Source: Mobula birostris (taxonomy: Eukaryota). From it: a stretch of DNA of 64,000 nucleotides. Where the stretch lies: positions 17,266,424 through 17,330,423 of the forward strand of contig NC_092395.1 of NCBI RefSeq assembly GCF_030028105.1, written 5' to 3'. The position numbers and the translations under genes are program-made. Shown here one piece after another: positions 24,816 to 38,382 of the stretch; position 1 is the first letter of the stretch; each line of letters opens with the position of its first letter. Under the pieces are notes generated by a model. The model was not told where the DNA came from. It did not search any database and worked only from the letters and a program-made list of their open reading frames with translations.

Positions 24816-27269
24816 CTCTGCTCAACCTCTAGCACAAATATAATTATTTCTGTATCAGTGTACTCTTGTTAGAATGAAGTTTGAAGACCAGGTTTGGAGA
24901 TTATTTGCATTTGTTCAGTTCAGCCATAGTCTACTATCTATCATAATTGGTCACTGTTTCGATGTAAGGCAAGAATTCATATGCCAGGTATGTGGAATAG
25001 GTCATGCATACATTCTTTTTATTTTCTGCCCTTCAGGCATTTCTTGGATTCATTTGCACTCCTCAGGTCTCAACCTTAAATGTTTTTGTTGTTCCATATC
25101 AGAATACCTTATCTATAAGCTTCATCTTTGAATCTTGCTTTTATTTTGAAGTTCCTCTCATTTCGGAGGCATTGAGTACATTGTTATAATGTTAATCTTT
25201 ATTGTCCAGGGTTTTTTTTTTTGTTGCCTTTTATGAGATGAAATCAACAATTACAGATTGGCTTGAAAGGGTAATGTTTTGAAACCCTCCATTGCTTCAC
25301 ATCATGTGGGATAAAATTGTACAAAACAAATCCAGTCTACTTATTCAGTTGAACTGTGATTTGTCAGGCACACTAAGCCATTCTTGCATGTTTAAGTTTT
25401 TGTCCCCAAATAGTCTTCTGCTTTTATAAATTTCTCATTGTAATATCTTAAGTGTGTGGCATACTACCAAACATTCCAGATTAGCAAATGTTAGAACTGT
25501 AGATTACACCATGATCATAAGAAATAGAAGCTTTGGAAAGTCACCCATTTGTTTTCATGTGGTCTACCTATAAAAGATCTAAAGAAATTCACACCCTCAA
25601 TCCTTAAGTCTTTCAATTTCCAATAATAAATCAGTTTGTGCTTAAAATGGACAAACTAACTGAAACCCCACAGCTGTCTGGAGTTGGATCACAGTGCTTC
25701 AAATAAATTTCTCCATTTCAGTAATGCAGTGCAACTCTGATAATCTGGTATATTTTGTACTTTAGCTCCACTCTGGTAGATTTTCTGGCTGGTTGGATAT
25801 CAGTCCCATTCATACAACACACTTGTAATTCACATTTTAAATGGTCACATAGTTAAATGGTGAATTTTCCAGTGAATTGATGAGCTTAAAGGGAAGATGG
25901 GAACAGGGTCCTGGTGAGTTTGAAAGGAATGTGGAATGGGGCCATGGCACCTGAAAGGAGCACAAGTGACTGAACCCAACAAGCTAGATGCCAAACATTC
26001 AAATTATCAATGTCTTGAATTCGATTGTCTTAGTATATCAGCAATTTTCCTTTTCAAGTCCTTCACAATTTTTGGGTTTCATTGAGATAAATGTTGAAAT
26101 TCTAAACGTGCATTCCTCAACAAAGATGACATTCTGATCCCAGGAAATGATGAATCTAAGCATTTTGCTTTCAAGGCAATTATGTCATTCAGAATGGCAA
26201 TTAAAACTGCAGACAGCAGTACTCAGATATGGATTTTCCCATTCCTGTATGACTGCAGCAAGGCTTCACTGTTCCTATACTGAACTCCTGTTTAATTTGG
26301 CTAACTTATAATGTTCGTCCTGATTGCTTGCTGTTCGTTCTTGTTTGCTTTGTTTAATAAGCCGATATACTTGGGTACCCATGTATGTTATTTGTATATT
26401 TTGTTAACCCAAATTAATTATTACTTTAACCAAGATTATTTTCCATTTGCTCTCATCCACTTGTTTAACCTATGGTCCTTTGAAAAGCCCTGATATCACA
26501 GCTTGCTCTTCTAGATAGTCTTGCATCTTCAGCAAAATTGCATGCAATGCCCTTTTTTAAATTATTGATACAAATGATAACACTGAAGGCTTGTTATTTA
26601 TCTTCATAGCATACTTCGCGTAAATGTTTATAAGCCTGAGATTGGCTATTTGTTTCCTATTAGTTCATAATGGTCACTAACTTCATACTAATAAAGTGTA
26701 CCCAATCTTGTTAACTATTACTTTAGAAAACTCCTATAGACTCTATCAAATGCGTTTTGAAAGTGTTCCATTTACTAGTTTTCCCATATTTAACTTGTAA
26801 TGCCCCCAAAATTGAACTGAAGCAATTTTTTGTGTGTGCTGTTAATACGCCGTTCATGGATTCCATTATTTTATAAGTCACTCTTACTTTTCTAATGTTC
26901 AAGTTAACTATATCATGCACTAATAATTCCCTATGAGAGAGCTCAACACTTGTCATTGGTTCTTTACTGAAATTTTCCAGGATACCGAAGTATGCAGTAC
27001 TTCCCCTCCTTGCTGGGATCTGTCTATCACTTGTTAGCTCTTGCTCCATTCTTTGACCTCACCTCTGCTGGTCATCTCCCCTCTATTTTTCAATCCAGAT
27101 GAAGGATCTTGGTTTGAAATGTCAATGGTCCTTCCCCTCCCCCCCACCCCCCGAGATGCTGTCTGATCTGCTGAGTTCCTCCAGTGTCTTGTTTATTTAG
27201 TACTTAGTACATTTTCAAAAGGGATGCAATTCTGGAAAATCTGAGCAAATTCCTATAGATGTACTAACA

Positions 27270-27578
27270 TAGAGCATTCTAACTAGTTCTATTACTGTCT
27301 GGTAGGGGTGGGGGAGAGCCACAGCACAGGATCGAAATAAGTTGCAGAAAGTTGTGAACTCAATCAGCTCCATCATGGGCAGCATCCAGGACATCTTCAA
27401 GGAGTGATGCCTCAAAAAGGTAGCACCCATCATTAAGGACCCCAGTACCTAGGACATGCCCTCTTATTGCTTATTTATTTATATTTCATTTAATTTAGAT
27501 GTAAGTATTGCAAAGTGTTGCTGCCACATAACAACAAATTTCACAATATATGCCAGTGATATTAAACCTGATTCTGAA
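27270..27578 (+). mobile_element. Rex1/Babar 3' fragment
   Basis: Homologous to 30160-30350; ends aaacctgattctga. Confidence 0.75.
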
Positions 27579-28539
27579 ATGGTTCATTAAGCAAAATTCC
27601 ATGAATTGAAAAGATTTTTAAAAAAATGATTTATGGACATACTGATTTCAATTTGAGAAGAGTGATGCCTCCTATTTAATGTCAAAATTTCAAAGAAAAG
27701 TTGTAAATTGAAAGGTTGCCAGAAGAATACCATAAATGCTTGACTTGCAAGTGCACTCAATGAAAAGTTAATCAGTTTTGCTTTTGCCCTAAGAGGGATG
27801 TCATTTATTTGAGCACCACACACAAAATGCTGGAGGAACTCGGGAGGCCAGGCAGCATCTAGGAAAAGAGTACAGTCAACGTTTCGGGTTAAGAAGTTAC
27901 TGGAATTTTCTGACCATGAATTTTGGATTGTAATCATCTGGATGTTTTTGTCTCCATGACTTTTATTTCCTCCTTTTAAAACAGTTTTGGACCTGAAGTG
28001 GTTGGAAGCCATCTAATCTTAAGCTGTTTGTCAATCAATTTAATAAATGACAGTATCAAACTTGCATAATTCTATTGTGAATTTTATATCTATTTATATA
28101 CATTATTTGTATATATTTATATTTAGAGTTAGATACATATAAAATAATTAATATATATTTCTCACCCCTTGTGGGTGGTGTGTATTTGTATTTTTCCCTC
28201 CAATCTCTGCTCCTCTACCAGAGTCCTGGGAGCTTGAAGGTATGGTGCAGTGTCGTTGCTGTTTCCAGTAGTGCGCTCTTCTGGACCGAGATCACAGATG
28301 TTGTTTCCTGGATTTGTTGGAGCCACTCTTCTAGTTCAGGTGGCACAGCCGCAAGTGCTCCTATCATCACTGGGATTACTCTGGCTTTAACCTTCAATAT
28401 GCTTTCTATCTGCTCTTTCAAGTCCTTGTATTTCACCAGCTTCTCATATTCTTTCTTCCTGATGTTACTGTGATTCGGGACTGCCACATGTACTACTATT
28501 GATTTCTTCAGTTCCCTGTCTGTTGCAAATGATTTCTAT

Positions 28540-31108
28540 TTCTTCCTGAGTATAGGCAGAGACTGAAGACTGCAGCACCAGTAGTGAGGACCAAGAAGGT
28601 ATGGTCAAGGGAAGCACAGGAGCGCCTACAGGACTGATTTGAATCAGTAGACTGGACTGTATTCATCTTCAAACCTGGATGAGTATGCTGCAGTTGTTAC
28701 CAACTTTATTAAAACCTATGTGGATGAGTGTGTGCCTACAAAGACTTGCTGTACATTCCCAAACCAAAAGCAGTGGATGAACCAGGAGGTACGTCGTCTG
28801 CTGAAGGCTAGATCTGCAGCATGCATTCAAGTCTGGCGACCCAGGCCTGTACCAGGAAACCAGGTATGATTTGTGGAGGGCTGTTTCAAGGGCAAAGAGA
28901 CAATTTCGAACGAGGTTGGAGGTGACGTTGGATGTACCTGACAACTCTGGCAGGGTTTGCAAGACATTACTTCCTACAAAGTGAAACCCAATAGCACGAA
29001 TTGCAGTGATGCTTCACTACCAAATGAACTCAACACTTTCTATGCCCTCTTTGAAAGGGAGAATATAACTACAGCTGTGAAGATCCCTGCTGCACCTGAT
29101 GACTCTGTGATCTCTGTCTCAGAGGCTGATGTTAGACTGTCTTTAAAGAGCGTGAATCCTCGCAAGGCGGTAGGTCCCAATGGAGTACCTGGTGAGGCTG
29201 AAAATCTGTGTCAACCAACTGGCAGGAGTATTCAAGGACATTTTTAACCTCTCACTGTTACGGTCAGAAATTCCCACTTTTTTCAAAAAGGCAACAATTA
29301 TATCAGTGCCTAAGAAGAGCTGCCTTAATGACTCACCTGGTAGCACTCACATCTACAGTGATGAAATGTTTTGAGAGGTTGGTCATGAATAGACTGAAGT
29401 CCTGCCTCAGCAACCTGGACCCATTGCAATTTGCCTATCGCCACAATAGGTCAACTGCAGATGCAATCTCAATGGCTCTTCACATGGCTTTAGACCACCT
29501 GGACAACACAAACACCTATGTCAGGATGCTGTTCATCGACTATAGCTCAGCATTTAATATCATCATTCCCACAATCCTGATTGAGAAGTTGCAGAACTTG
29601 GGCCTCTGTACCTCCCTCTGTAATTGGATCCTCGACTTCCTAACCGGAAGACCACAATCTGTGCAGATTGGTGATAACATTTCCTTGCTGATGATCGACA
29701 CTGGTGCACCCCAGGGGTGTGTGCTTAGCCCACTGCTCTACTCGTTATATCCATGACAGTGTGGTTAGGCATAGCTCAAATACCATCTATAAACTTGCTG
29801 ATGATACAACTATTGTTGGTAGAATTCCAGATGGTGACGAGAGGCATACAGGAGTGAGATATGCCAACTAGTGGAGTGATGTCGCAGCAATAACCTGACT
29901 CAGTGTCAGTAAGACGAAAGAGCTGATTGTGGACTTCAGGAAGGGTAAGATGAAGGAACACATACTAATCCTTATTGAGGGATCAGATGTGGAGAGAATG
30001 AGCAGTTTCAAGTTCCTGGGTGTCAAGATCTCTGAGGATCTAACCTGATCCCAGCATATTGATGCAGTTATAAAGAAGGCAAGACAGCGGCTATACCTTA
30101 TTAGGAGTTTGAAGAGATTTGGTATGTCAACAAATAGACTCAAAAACTTATATGGATTTACTTTGGCTGCATCACTGTTTGGTATGGGGGACCTACTGCA
30201 CGGGACCGAAAGAAGCTGCAGAGGGTTGTAAATTTAGTCAGCCCCATCTTGGGTACGAGCCTACAAAGTACCCAGGACACCTTCAAAGAGCGGTGTCTCA
30301 GAAAGGCAGTATCCATTATTAAGGACCTCCAGCACCCAGGGCATGCCATCAGGCACACACTCAGTGATTCAGGAACAGCTTCTTCCCCTCTACCATCCGA
30401 TTCCTAAATGGACATTGAACCATTGAACACTCCCTCACTTTTTTTAATATACGAAGGGTAATGGATAAGTTCGTGGCCTAAGGTAGAAGGAGTCAATTTT
30501 AGAAAATCTAGCACACTTATTTTTCAACATAGTCCCCGCCTACATGTACACACTTAGTCCAGCGGTCGTGGAGCATACGGATCCCTTATTTGTAGAAGTG
30601 GTCCACAGCAGGAGTGATTGATAACTTTGTGGCCTAATGTAGAAGGAGATGAGTTATACAGCTGTCATTACATACACGTGCAGTTCAACTCCTTGAGTGA
30701 AAATGCAGAAAGTTTGGAGATAATAACTCATCTCCTTCTACCTTAGGCCACAACCTTATCAATCACCCCTGCTGTGAACCACTTCTGGAGGTCCAAGACG
30801 CTGACCTCTACAAAGAAGGGATCCATATGCTCCACGACCGCTGGAGTAAGTGTGTAAATGTAGGGAAAATAAATGTGCTAGATTTTCTAAAATTGACTCC
30901 TTCTACCTTAGGCCACGAACTTATCAATCACCCCTCGTATATTATTTCTGTTTTTTGCACAATTTTTAATCTGTTCAATAAATGTATACTGTAATTGATT
31001 TATTATTTTATTGTGCATTTTTCTTCTATATTATATATTGCATTGAACCGCTGCTGCTAAGTTAACAAATTTCACGACACATGCCGGTGATGATAAATCT
31101 GATTCTGA
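28540..31108 (+). mobile_element. Rex1/Babar LINE, longest copy, with stops and frameshifts
   Basis: [63 protein letters not shown]; (GATTCT) tail. Confidence 0.93.
30452..30937. mobile_element. Mariner-derived palindromic MITE
   Basis: TA TSD (30450-51, 30938-39); long TIRs; both arms carry a mariner transposase C-terminus. Confidence 0.9.
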
Positions 31109-33177
31109 TGTTATATCTGGTTGGTTGGCCAGTACCTGCTTAGTGGTCTGTATTTGGGAGTCCTACCGGATCTTGGCTCTGTCATTCTCCACTATTTTCG
31201 CGAGTGTTTCCTATTTGGACTTGGCAGTGCCCAGTCCATACTCAGTGCAGATGTTCCTGTACACAATTCCTGCAATTTGGTTATGCTATTCAGTGTATGC
31301 AGTTCCCACCTACATCATGCACCCTACTACTATGTGCTGGATGGTTTCAGCAGATTCCTTGCATGGTCCGCATCTTGGGTCTGGTCTGGTGTAATAGATA
31401 CCTGCTTCTATTGCTCATGTGTTCAGCGCCTGTTCTTGTGCAGCCATGAGCAGTTCCTCAGCCCTATCATTTCCAGCCATTGGTGGGACTTTGTTATGTC
31501 AGCCATCTCTGATATCTGGCAATGGTATGTTCCAGACATGGCTTATCCTGCCATGGTCTCTGGCCCTCTGGCTCTGCTTCACCCACTACCACTTCCATAT
31601 CCCCTGCCTGCAGTCTGAGGTATTCTTCCAGCAAGTCGTCCTTGTGAGCCATTCTCGTGACATACTCATGGATATTTCACATTTCTTCCAGGACTTTGGC
31701 CTTGACACTTCCAAGTCCCCATCCTCCTTTATTCTGCCGGGTGTAAATAGAGGGCCATGGGTAACCCTGGGTTATTTCTAAGGTAAGGGTATGTTCGGCA
31801 CAGCTTTGTGGGCTGGAGGACCTGTATTGAGCTGTAGGTTTTCTATGTTTCTATATGTACAGTTGTTCGACGTTGGACTTTGGATGGAATCCTCCATGTA
31901 TTGTTAGTAGTTTCCGGGTCTTGTTGTCAGCAGCTTCCAGTTCATTCCTTGGCCAGCACACTATTGCAGCAGGGTATCTGATGACTGGTAGGGCGAATGT
32001 ATTGATGGCTCTGATCTTGTTCTTCCCATTCAGCTGGCTTTTTAGGACCTGTAATACTCTTTGGAGATACTTGGATGTTACAGCCTTCCTTGTGCCCTCA
32101 TTGTGGTTTCCATACGCCTGCAGGATCCCCAGGTATTTGTAGCTGTCCTGTACACCTGGTATGTGGCCTTCAGGTAACCCTGTTCCTTCAGTCTTGAAGA
32201 GTTTGCCTCTTTTGACTACCATCTGGCTGCATTATAATACTGGTTATTGGCCATTATTTATTGTTCATCCTTATTTTCCCAGAAGCTAGAGGTGTGTCCA
32301 CCATTTTGAATGGTAGCAGTCCTGTAGGCACTCATACTTTTAGTGGTTCCAGTGATTACCTCAGTAATATTGAAATGCTGTTTATTTCCAAGCAGTGCTC
32401 ATAGTGTCAGTGCCATATTCTTAAAACCTTTGTCTTTCAAAAGTTTCATGGGTTTTAGAGGTGATGTCAAATAAGACTTGATGGTTCTTGCAGTGCAGTT
32501 TATAGATGTGCAGATCAGTGTGAAAGGAGTATATATTCAAGGCGGTACTGAGGTGCCAGTTAAGTGAGAGTGAAGTTGTGTTATTGGAGCTACACCCATA
32601 CATACAATTAGAATGTGTGGGCGTGTTTCTTTACTTTGCTGGTTTGCCTTGTAGATAATTAAAAAGCTCTAGGGGTCAAATGGTGAGTCACTTGCCATTG
32701 ATACCCAGTCCTTCTATCCACAGTACTTTGATATTTTTAAATTAAAATTAACCCCAGGGTGTTGAAAGATTTAACCTTAGTAATGCTTTTGATTGTGAAG
32801 ATGTTAAATTCTTCTTGGTCGTAATCAGCCACTTCTGCAGTGCAGATGTAACTTAAAGCTATCAGAGCAAGCCTGAATGTTGATTAGATTGTGCTGTACA
32901 TAGTTGTAAATAGGCTTAGTCACTGTGATCAACAAATATCCACTTATCTTCTTCTGGAAGGGGAAGTATTAGATGATGCGGCTAAAGATGATTGTGCCTG
33001 AAGAACTGTGCAGCCATGTGTGCTTCGACTGAGATGATTAACTTGTAATTACCATAATTATAAGCCTACTGCTCGAACTGGTACTTCAGACTAGGAATTG
33101 CAGGATTTCTAATTATTCTGTTCCATTTCAGAAAGCTTATATCATTGGTTTGCTTATAAACCTCTGAATATTTTTAA

Positions 33178-33510
33178 GCACCACACACAAAATGCTGGAA
33201 GAACTCAGCTGGTCAGACTGCAGCTATGAAGGGAGATGAACAGTTGACATTTTGGATTGAGACATAGGTGGTCAGCAGTAAGTCCCAGCCTTTATGACTG
33301 TTTATTCACTTCTCTTCATGCTGTATGATCTGCTGAGTTCCTCCAGCATTTTGTAAATGTTGCTTTGGGATTGCCAGCATGTGCAGACTTTCTCATGTTT
33401 ATTATTTTCTCTCCCTTTCTTTTCCAGTCCTGCTGAGTGGTCTCAGCCCAAAGCATGGACTGTTCATTTATTTCCATAGATGCTGTCTGAGCTGAGTTCT
33501 TCCAGCAGTT
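33178..33510. mobile_element. Short PLE pLTR-derived pieces, partly inverted
   Basis: cacacaaaatgctggaagaactcagc ... gctgagttcctccagcattttg; further + strand pLTR fragment at 33410-33510. Confidence 0.7.
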
Positions 33511-33534
33511 GGTTTGTTTATTTATTTATTGAGA

Positions 33535-33760
33535 TACAGTGTGAAAGAGGCCTTTGCCCCCCCCCACCCCCCGCAACCCCCGATTAACCCTAGCCTAATC
33601 ATGGGATAATTTACAATGACCTATCAACTGATATATCTTTGGACTGTGGGGGAAAACCCACACATTCCACAGGGAGGACATGCAGATTCCTTACAGATGA
33701 TGTCAGAATTGAATGCTGAACTCCGCCCGAGTCATGCTAACTGCTGTGCTACCAGTTTAC
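33535..33760 (-). mobile_element. V-SINE/HE1-like SINE fragment (another at about 57910-57965)
   Basis: tctttggactgtgggggaaaacccac..acagggaggacatgcaga resembles the reverse complement of the V-SINE core, as recalled. Confidence 0.6.
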
Positions 33761-33920
33761 CCCATATGTGTTTGCTCAACATTTCCAGTGTCTGCTGAAT
33801 CTCTTGTTTCTGTATTTTTTTAAAATGTGGATAGTTTAGGATGAATGTCTTTAGTGAAAATATGTTCTTGTTCCACACTTCAGCAAGACGACTATACTTG
33901 GGTTTCATACTTTATACTTA

Positions 33921-36639
33921 CAACTGCAAGAATAAGTTTGTGAACTCTTTGCAATTACCTGGTTTTCAGCATTACTCATAAAATGTAGTCTAATCTTCAC
34001 CTAAGTCACAATAATAGACAAATGCAAACTGCCTAACAACACACAAACAATTGTATTACTTATATAACCATATAACAATTACAGCACGGAAACAGACCAT
34101 CTCGTCCCTTCTAGTCTGTGCCGAACTCTTACTCTCACCTAGTCCCACCGACCTGCACTCAGCCCATAACCCTCCATTCCTTTCTTGTCCATATATCTAT
34201 CCAATTTAACTTTAAACGACAACATCGAACCTGCCTCAACCACTTTTGCTAGAAGCTCGTTCCAGACAGCCTCCACTCTCTGTGTAAAGAAATTCCCCCT
34301 CATGTTACCCCTAAACTTTTGCCCTTTAACTCTCAACTCATGTTCTCTTGTTTGAATCTCCCCATTCTCAATGGAAAAAGCCTATCCACGTCAACTCTAT
34401 CAATCCCCCTCATAATTTTAAACACCTCTATCAAGTCCCCCCCTCAACCTTCTACGCTCCAAAGAATAAAGACCCAACTTGTTCAACCTTTCTCTGTAAC
34501 TTAGGAGATGAAACCCAGGCAACATTTTAGTAAATCTCCTCTGTACTTTCTCAATTTTATTGACATCTTTTCTATAATTCGGTGACCAGAACTGTACACA
34601 ATACTCCAAATTTGGCCTTACCAGCACCTTACACAATTTCAACATTACATCCAACTCCTATACTCAATGCTCTGATTAATAAAGGCCAGCATACCAAAAG
34701 CTTTCTTCACCACCCTATCCACATGAGATTCCACCTTCAGGGAACTATGCACCATTATTCCTAGATCCCTCTGTTCTACCACATTCTTCAGTGCCCTACC
34801 ATTTACCATGTATGTCCTATTTTGATTAGTCCTACCAAAATGTAGCACCTCACATTTTTCAGCATTAAACTCCATCTGCCATCTTTCAGTCCACTCTCCT
34901 AACTGGCCTAAATCTCTCTGCAAGCTTTGAAAACCTACTTCATCATCCACAACGCCACCTATCTTAGTATCATCTGTATACTTACTAATCCAGTTTACCA
35001 CCCCATCATCCCGATCATTAATATATATGACAAACAACATTGGACCCAGTGCAGATCCCTGAGGCACACCGCTACACACGCTCCTCCAATCTGACACACA
35101 GTTATCCAGCACTACTCTCTGGCGTCTCCCATCCAGCCACTGCTGAATCCATTTTACTACTTCGATATTAATGCCTAACAATTGAACCTTCCTAACTAAC
35201 CTCCTGTGTGGAACCTTGTCAAAGGCCGTACTGAAGTCCATATAGACAACATCCACCGCTTTACCCTCGTCAGCTTTCCTAGTAACCTCATCAAAAAATT
35301 CAACAAGATTTGAACTTCTCATCAATACTGAGTCCCATTTAAGCAATCACAGTCTAGGTTCAAAAAAAAGTATGCGAACCTCTAAGGTAATGCTAAGTCA
35401 GGTTACTGACAGAGCCTGCTCTTCTCAAGAAAGATCTCTTTATGTGCACCATGCCTCGATCAAAACAACTTTCAGAGAACCTTAGAAGGAGAATTGTAGC
35501 TGTGCATGAAGCTAGAAAAGGCTACAAAAGCACCTCTGAAGACCTGAGTGTTCAACAATCCACATTAAGAGAAATTGTCTACAAATAGAGGAAATTTGGT
35601 ACTGTTGCTACTCTCCCTAGGAGTGGGTGGCCTGCAAAGATCATGCCAAGAGCACGAGGTGCAATGCTGAAGGAGGTGAAAAGGAACCCAAGTGTAACAG
35701 CAAAAGGCCTGCAGAAATCTTTGGAACTTTATTCATGTGCCCACTAAGAAAAATACTAAAGAAGAATGGCCTTCATAGAAGGACATCACGGAGGAAACCA
35801 CTGCTCTCAAAAAAAATTGCTGCACTTCTCCTGTTTGCCAAAAACCATCTATATGTTCCATGGCACTTCTGGGACAGTATTCAGTGGACAGATGAGACAA
35901 AAATTGAACTTTTTGGCAGAAACGGACACTGCTGTGTTTGGAGGTAAAGAGGCACCGCACATCAACAGCAAAACATCATCCTAACTGTGAAGCATGGTGG
36001 AAGGAGCATCCTGGTTTGGGTCTGCTTTGCTGCCTCATCGCCTGGACAGTTTGCAGTCGTTGAGGGAAGAATGAATTCAAAATTGTATCAAGACATTTTA
36101 CAGGGGAATGACAGGGTAGTGACCCACCAACTGAAGCTTAATAAAAGTTGGATTAATGCAACAAGGCAATGATTTGAAACATAAGAGTAAATCAAGGTGA
36201 AAATTTGTGTTTTGGATTTGCCATGTCAGAGTCCAGACCTTAACCTAATTGAGATGCTGTGGCGTGACCTGAAGAGAGCTGTTCATGCAAGGTATCCCAG
36301 AAATATTGATGAACTGAAGAAGTTTTGGAGGAATGGTCTGAAATTCCTCACTATTGTGCAAGTCTGATCAGCAGCTACAGGAGAGATTATTGCTGCTAAA
36401 GAAGGTTCTACCAATTATTAAATACAAATGCACACATACTTTTTCTAGCCTCAACTGTGAATGGTTAAGCAATGTGCTCAATAAAGACGTGGAAAGTACA
36501 ATTGTTTGTGTGTTATTCATTCAGGCAGATTGTGTTTGCCCATTATTGTGACTTAGATGAAGATCAGACTACATTTTATGAGTAATTAATGCAGAAAATC
36601 GGGTAATTGCAAAGGGTTCACAAACTTTTTCTGCAACTA
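33921..36639 (+). mobile_element. Tc1-like transposon (dead), long TIRs
   Basis: 33921-34055 is inverted-homologous to 36497-36639; transposase from ATG 35451 MPRSKQLSENLRRRIV..WTDETKIELFG..KHGGRSILVW..SPDLNLIEMLW. Confidence 0.92.
34061..35312 (-). mobile_element. Relatively young CR1 LINE inserted in the left TIR of the Tc1
   Basis: VDVVYMDFSTAFDKVPH..SGVPQGSALGP..ISKYTDDTKIGG..WQMEFNAEKCEVLHFG; three ORF segments separated by frameshifts; intact 3' tail. Confidence 0.95.
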
Positions 36640-38382
36640 TATATCTAAATGTGTATTTTGGAAACTGGCAGGATGTATTGAAATGGGTTTCGTGGCTGCT
36701 GCAGAGATTTCGGGCATCTTATGCCAGGTTGGAGCATGACATTCCTTGTGCCTTTCCACCCCATCCCTCTCCTGATAAGCAACAATCGAGATGGGTTGAG
36801 CTGAGAATACTGTGTAGACTTGCTTACTGAATCAATGAAGCCAGCTGGCAGCCATTCTTTCTGCACCTCTTCACTTTTTTTTGTTGCGGGTATATCTCTG
36901 ATCCTCTCCTACACATTCTTTTTATTCATTTTCAATTTATGACAATGTTGGTCTACTAATTGTTCTCGAGGCCTATCGTATCATGGGGGCTGCTTGTATC
37001 TTCATCTGTAAAAGTAAACTTACTAGTTGATAGCATTCACATTCTATGGTCCTCTGTGACAAAAATCATTAAAACTTAAAAAAAAGTTTAACAATTATTA
37101 AATTAAGTCATGTGCATAAAAATTTTAATTTTAAAAATTGCTGCAGACACAATTTAAAAGTGTACTAAACTTGTTCTTGGTTTCCTTGACAATTGTAAAA
37201 ATGCCCATTCAAGTGAATGGATTTGTGGATCATTGCCAATTCTTACAATAGAGGGCTTTACATGTAAACTTCTCATTATAAATTACAGGAAATTCTGGTG
37301 AGTCTTGCTTTACTACTGGAGTCCAAGTAAAGTTCATCAGTAGAGCAGTAGGAAAATTATTGGATGAACTAGGCCAGCAGGTTTGGGACTGGCATGTTTG
37401 TGCAGAAGTTCCAAACATGATGGTATATGCTGAGAGGTGCTGGCAAACTCTAGCAAAAAATTGCTGTATTCAAGTGGTATGGTTTAAAGGACGCACAGAA
37501 TTCCAAAGTAAACAACGAATGAATTTCAATTTTTTTCCCTTTGTAGTTTATCATTTTTTTTGCATGGCTGTCCTCATAGTAACACTTAAATTCCTATCCT
37601 AATTTGCTGTGGCAATTCACCATTTTAAAGTCTCACAACAGGTGGGTTTTAGTAATGATGAAAACGTGGCATGTGATTATTAGAAAATAGTTCAACTGTA
37701 AATTTTGGAATGCTGATACTTGTTTCAATTTAAAGGTGAATTTGTGGAAATACTAATAAGTTCTGTCTGAATTCGTGATGTTACTCAGCAAGTAATAAAA
37801 TGCATCTTCAGTTTTAAAACTATTTACCATGTTGTGTTTATTTTCTTACAGCATTAACAGTTAGTGTGTAAGGCAGTAGCCCAGATAGTGGGAACACTGG
37901 AGATCAGTGGCTACCTGGGGATCGGCAAGGACTGACATTTCAACCTTAAATGCTGTCTCCCTTGTCTTTTGGGTCATTATTCATTTTTGCCATGTAAACT
38001 CCACGTTCAAAGCCTCTTAGGAGCTGTTAAAGCTTAGTCTTCCCGATGAGATTTCTTTCCCACTGTTAAAACATTCATACAGCAACATTCTACAAAATTC
38101 TTGTTTTTTTTTTAATGCCTCATCCTCAGATTTCTCCATTGACATATCCATTGCTATTTCTATGATTACCCTCGGACTTAAATGCCTCTGAGATAATCTG
38201 CACTTTTTGATTTTAGCCCTTTGTGCATTTCTAATTTTAATTGCTTGCCTTTGGCAGCTATGCTTACAACTGCCAACTCCCTAAGCTCTGAATTACCTCA
38301 CTAATTTGTTATATGGCTCTAAGATTTGTTCATGCAACCAAATGTCTTTCCTTCCCCTCCTTATGATTGATTAATACTAAAC

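Larger units (their letters stand above)
28165..32232 (-). mobile_element. R4/Dong(Rex6)-type LINE with restriction-like endonuclease, split by Rex1
   Basis: YKYLGI..LKSQLNGKNKIRAINTFALPVIRY..TRKLLTIHGGFHPKSNVEQLY (31851-32222); ..QVLANQPDI | DRELKKSIVVHVAVP..KEYEKLVKYKDL..VIPVMIGALAAV (28215-28487). Confidence 0.85.

Noticed and set aside
24820-27000. TE-poor intronic stretches (also 21450-22560, 36650-37900) as hidden exons or ncRNA
   Set aside because: No convincing ORF, splice pair, tRNA or snoRNA structure seen; conserved non-coding elements can only be tested by alignment.
31121-31781. Cluster of overlapping + strand ORFs
   Set aside because: Antisense shadows of the R4/Dong LINE.
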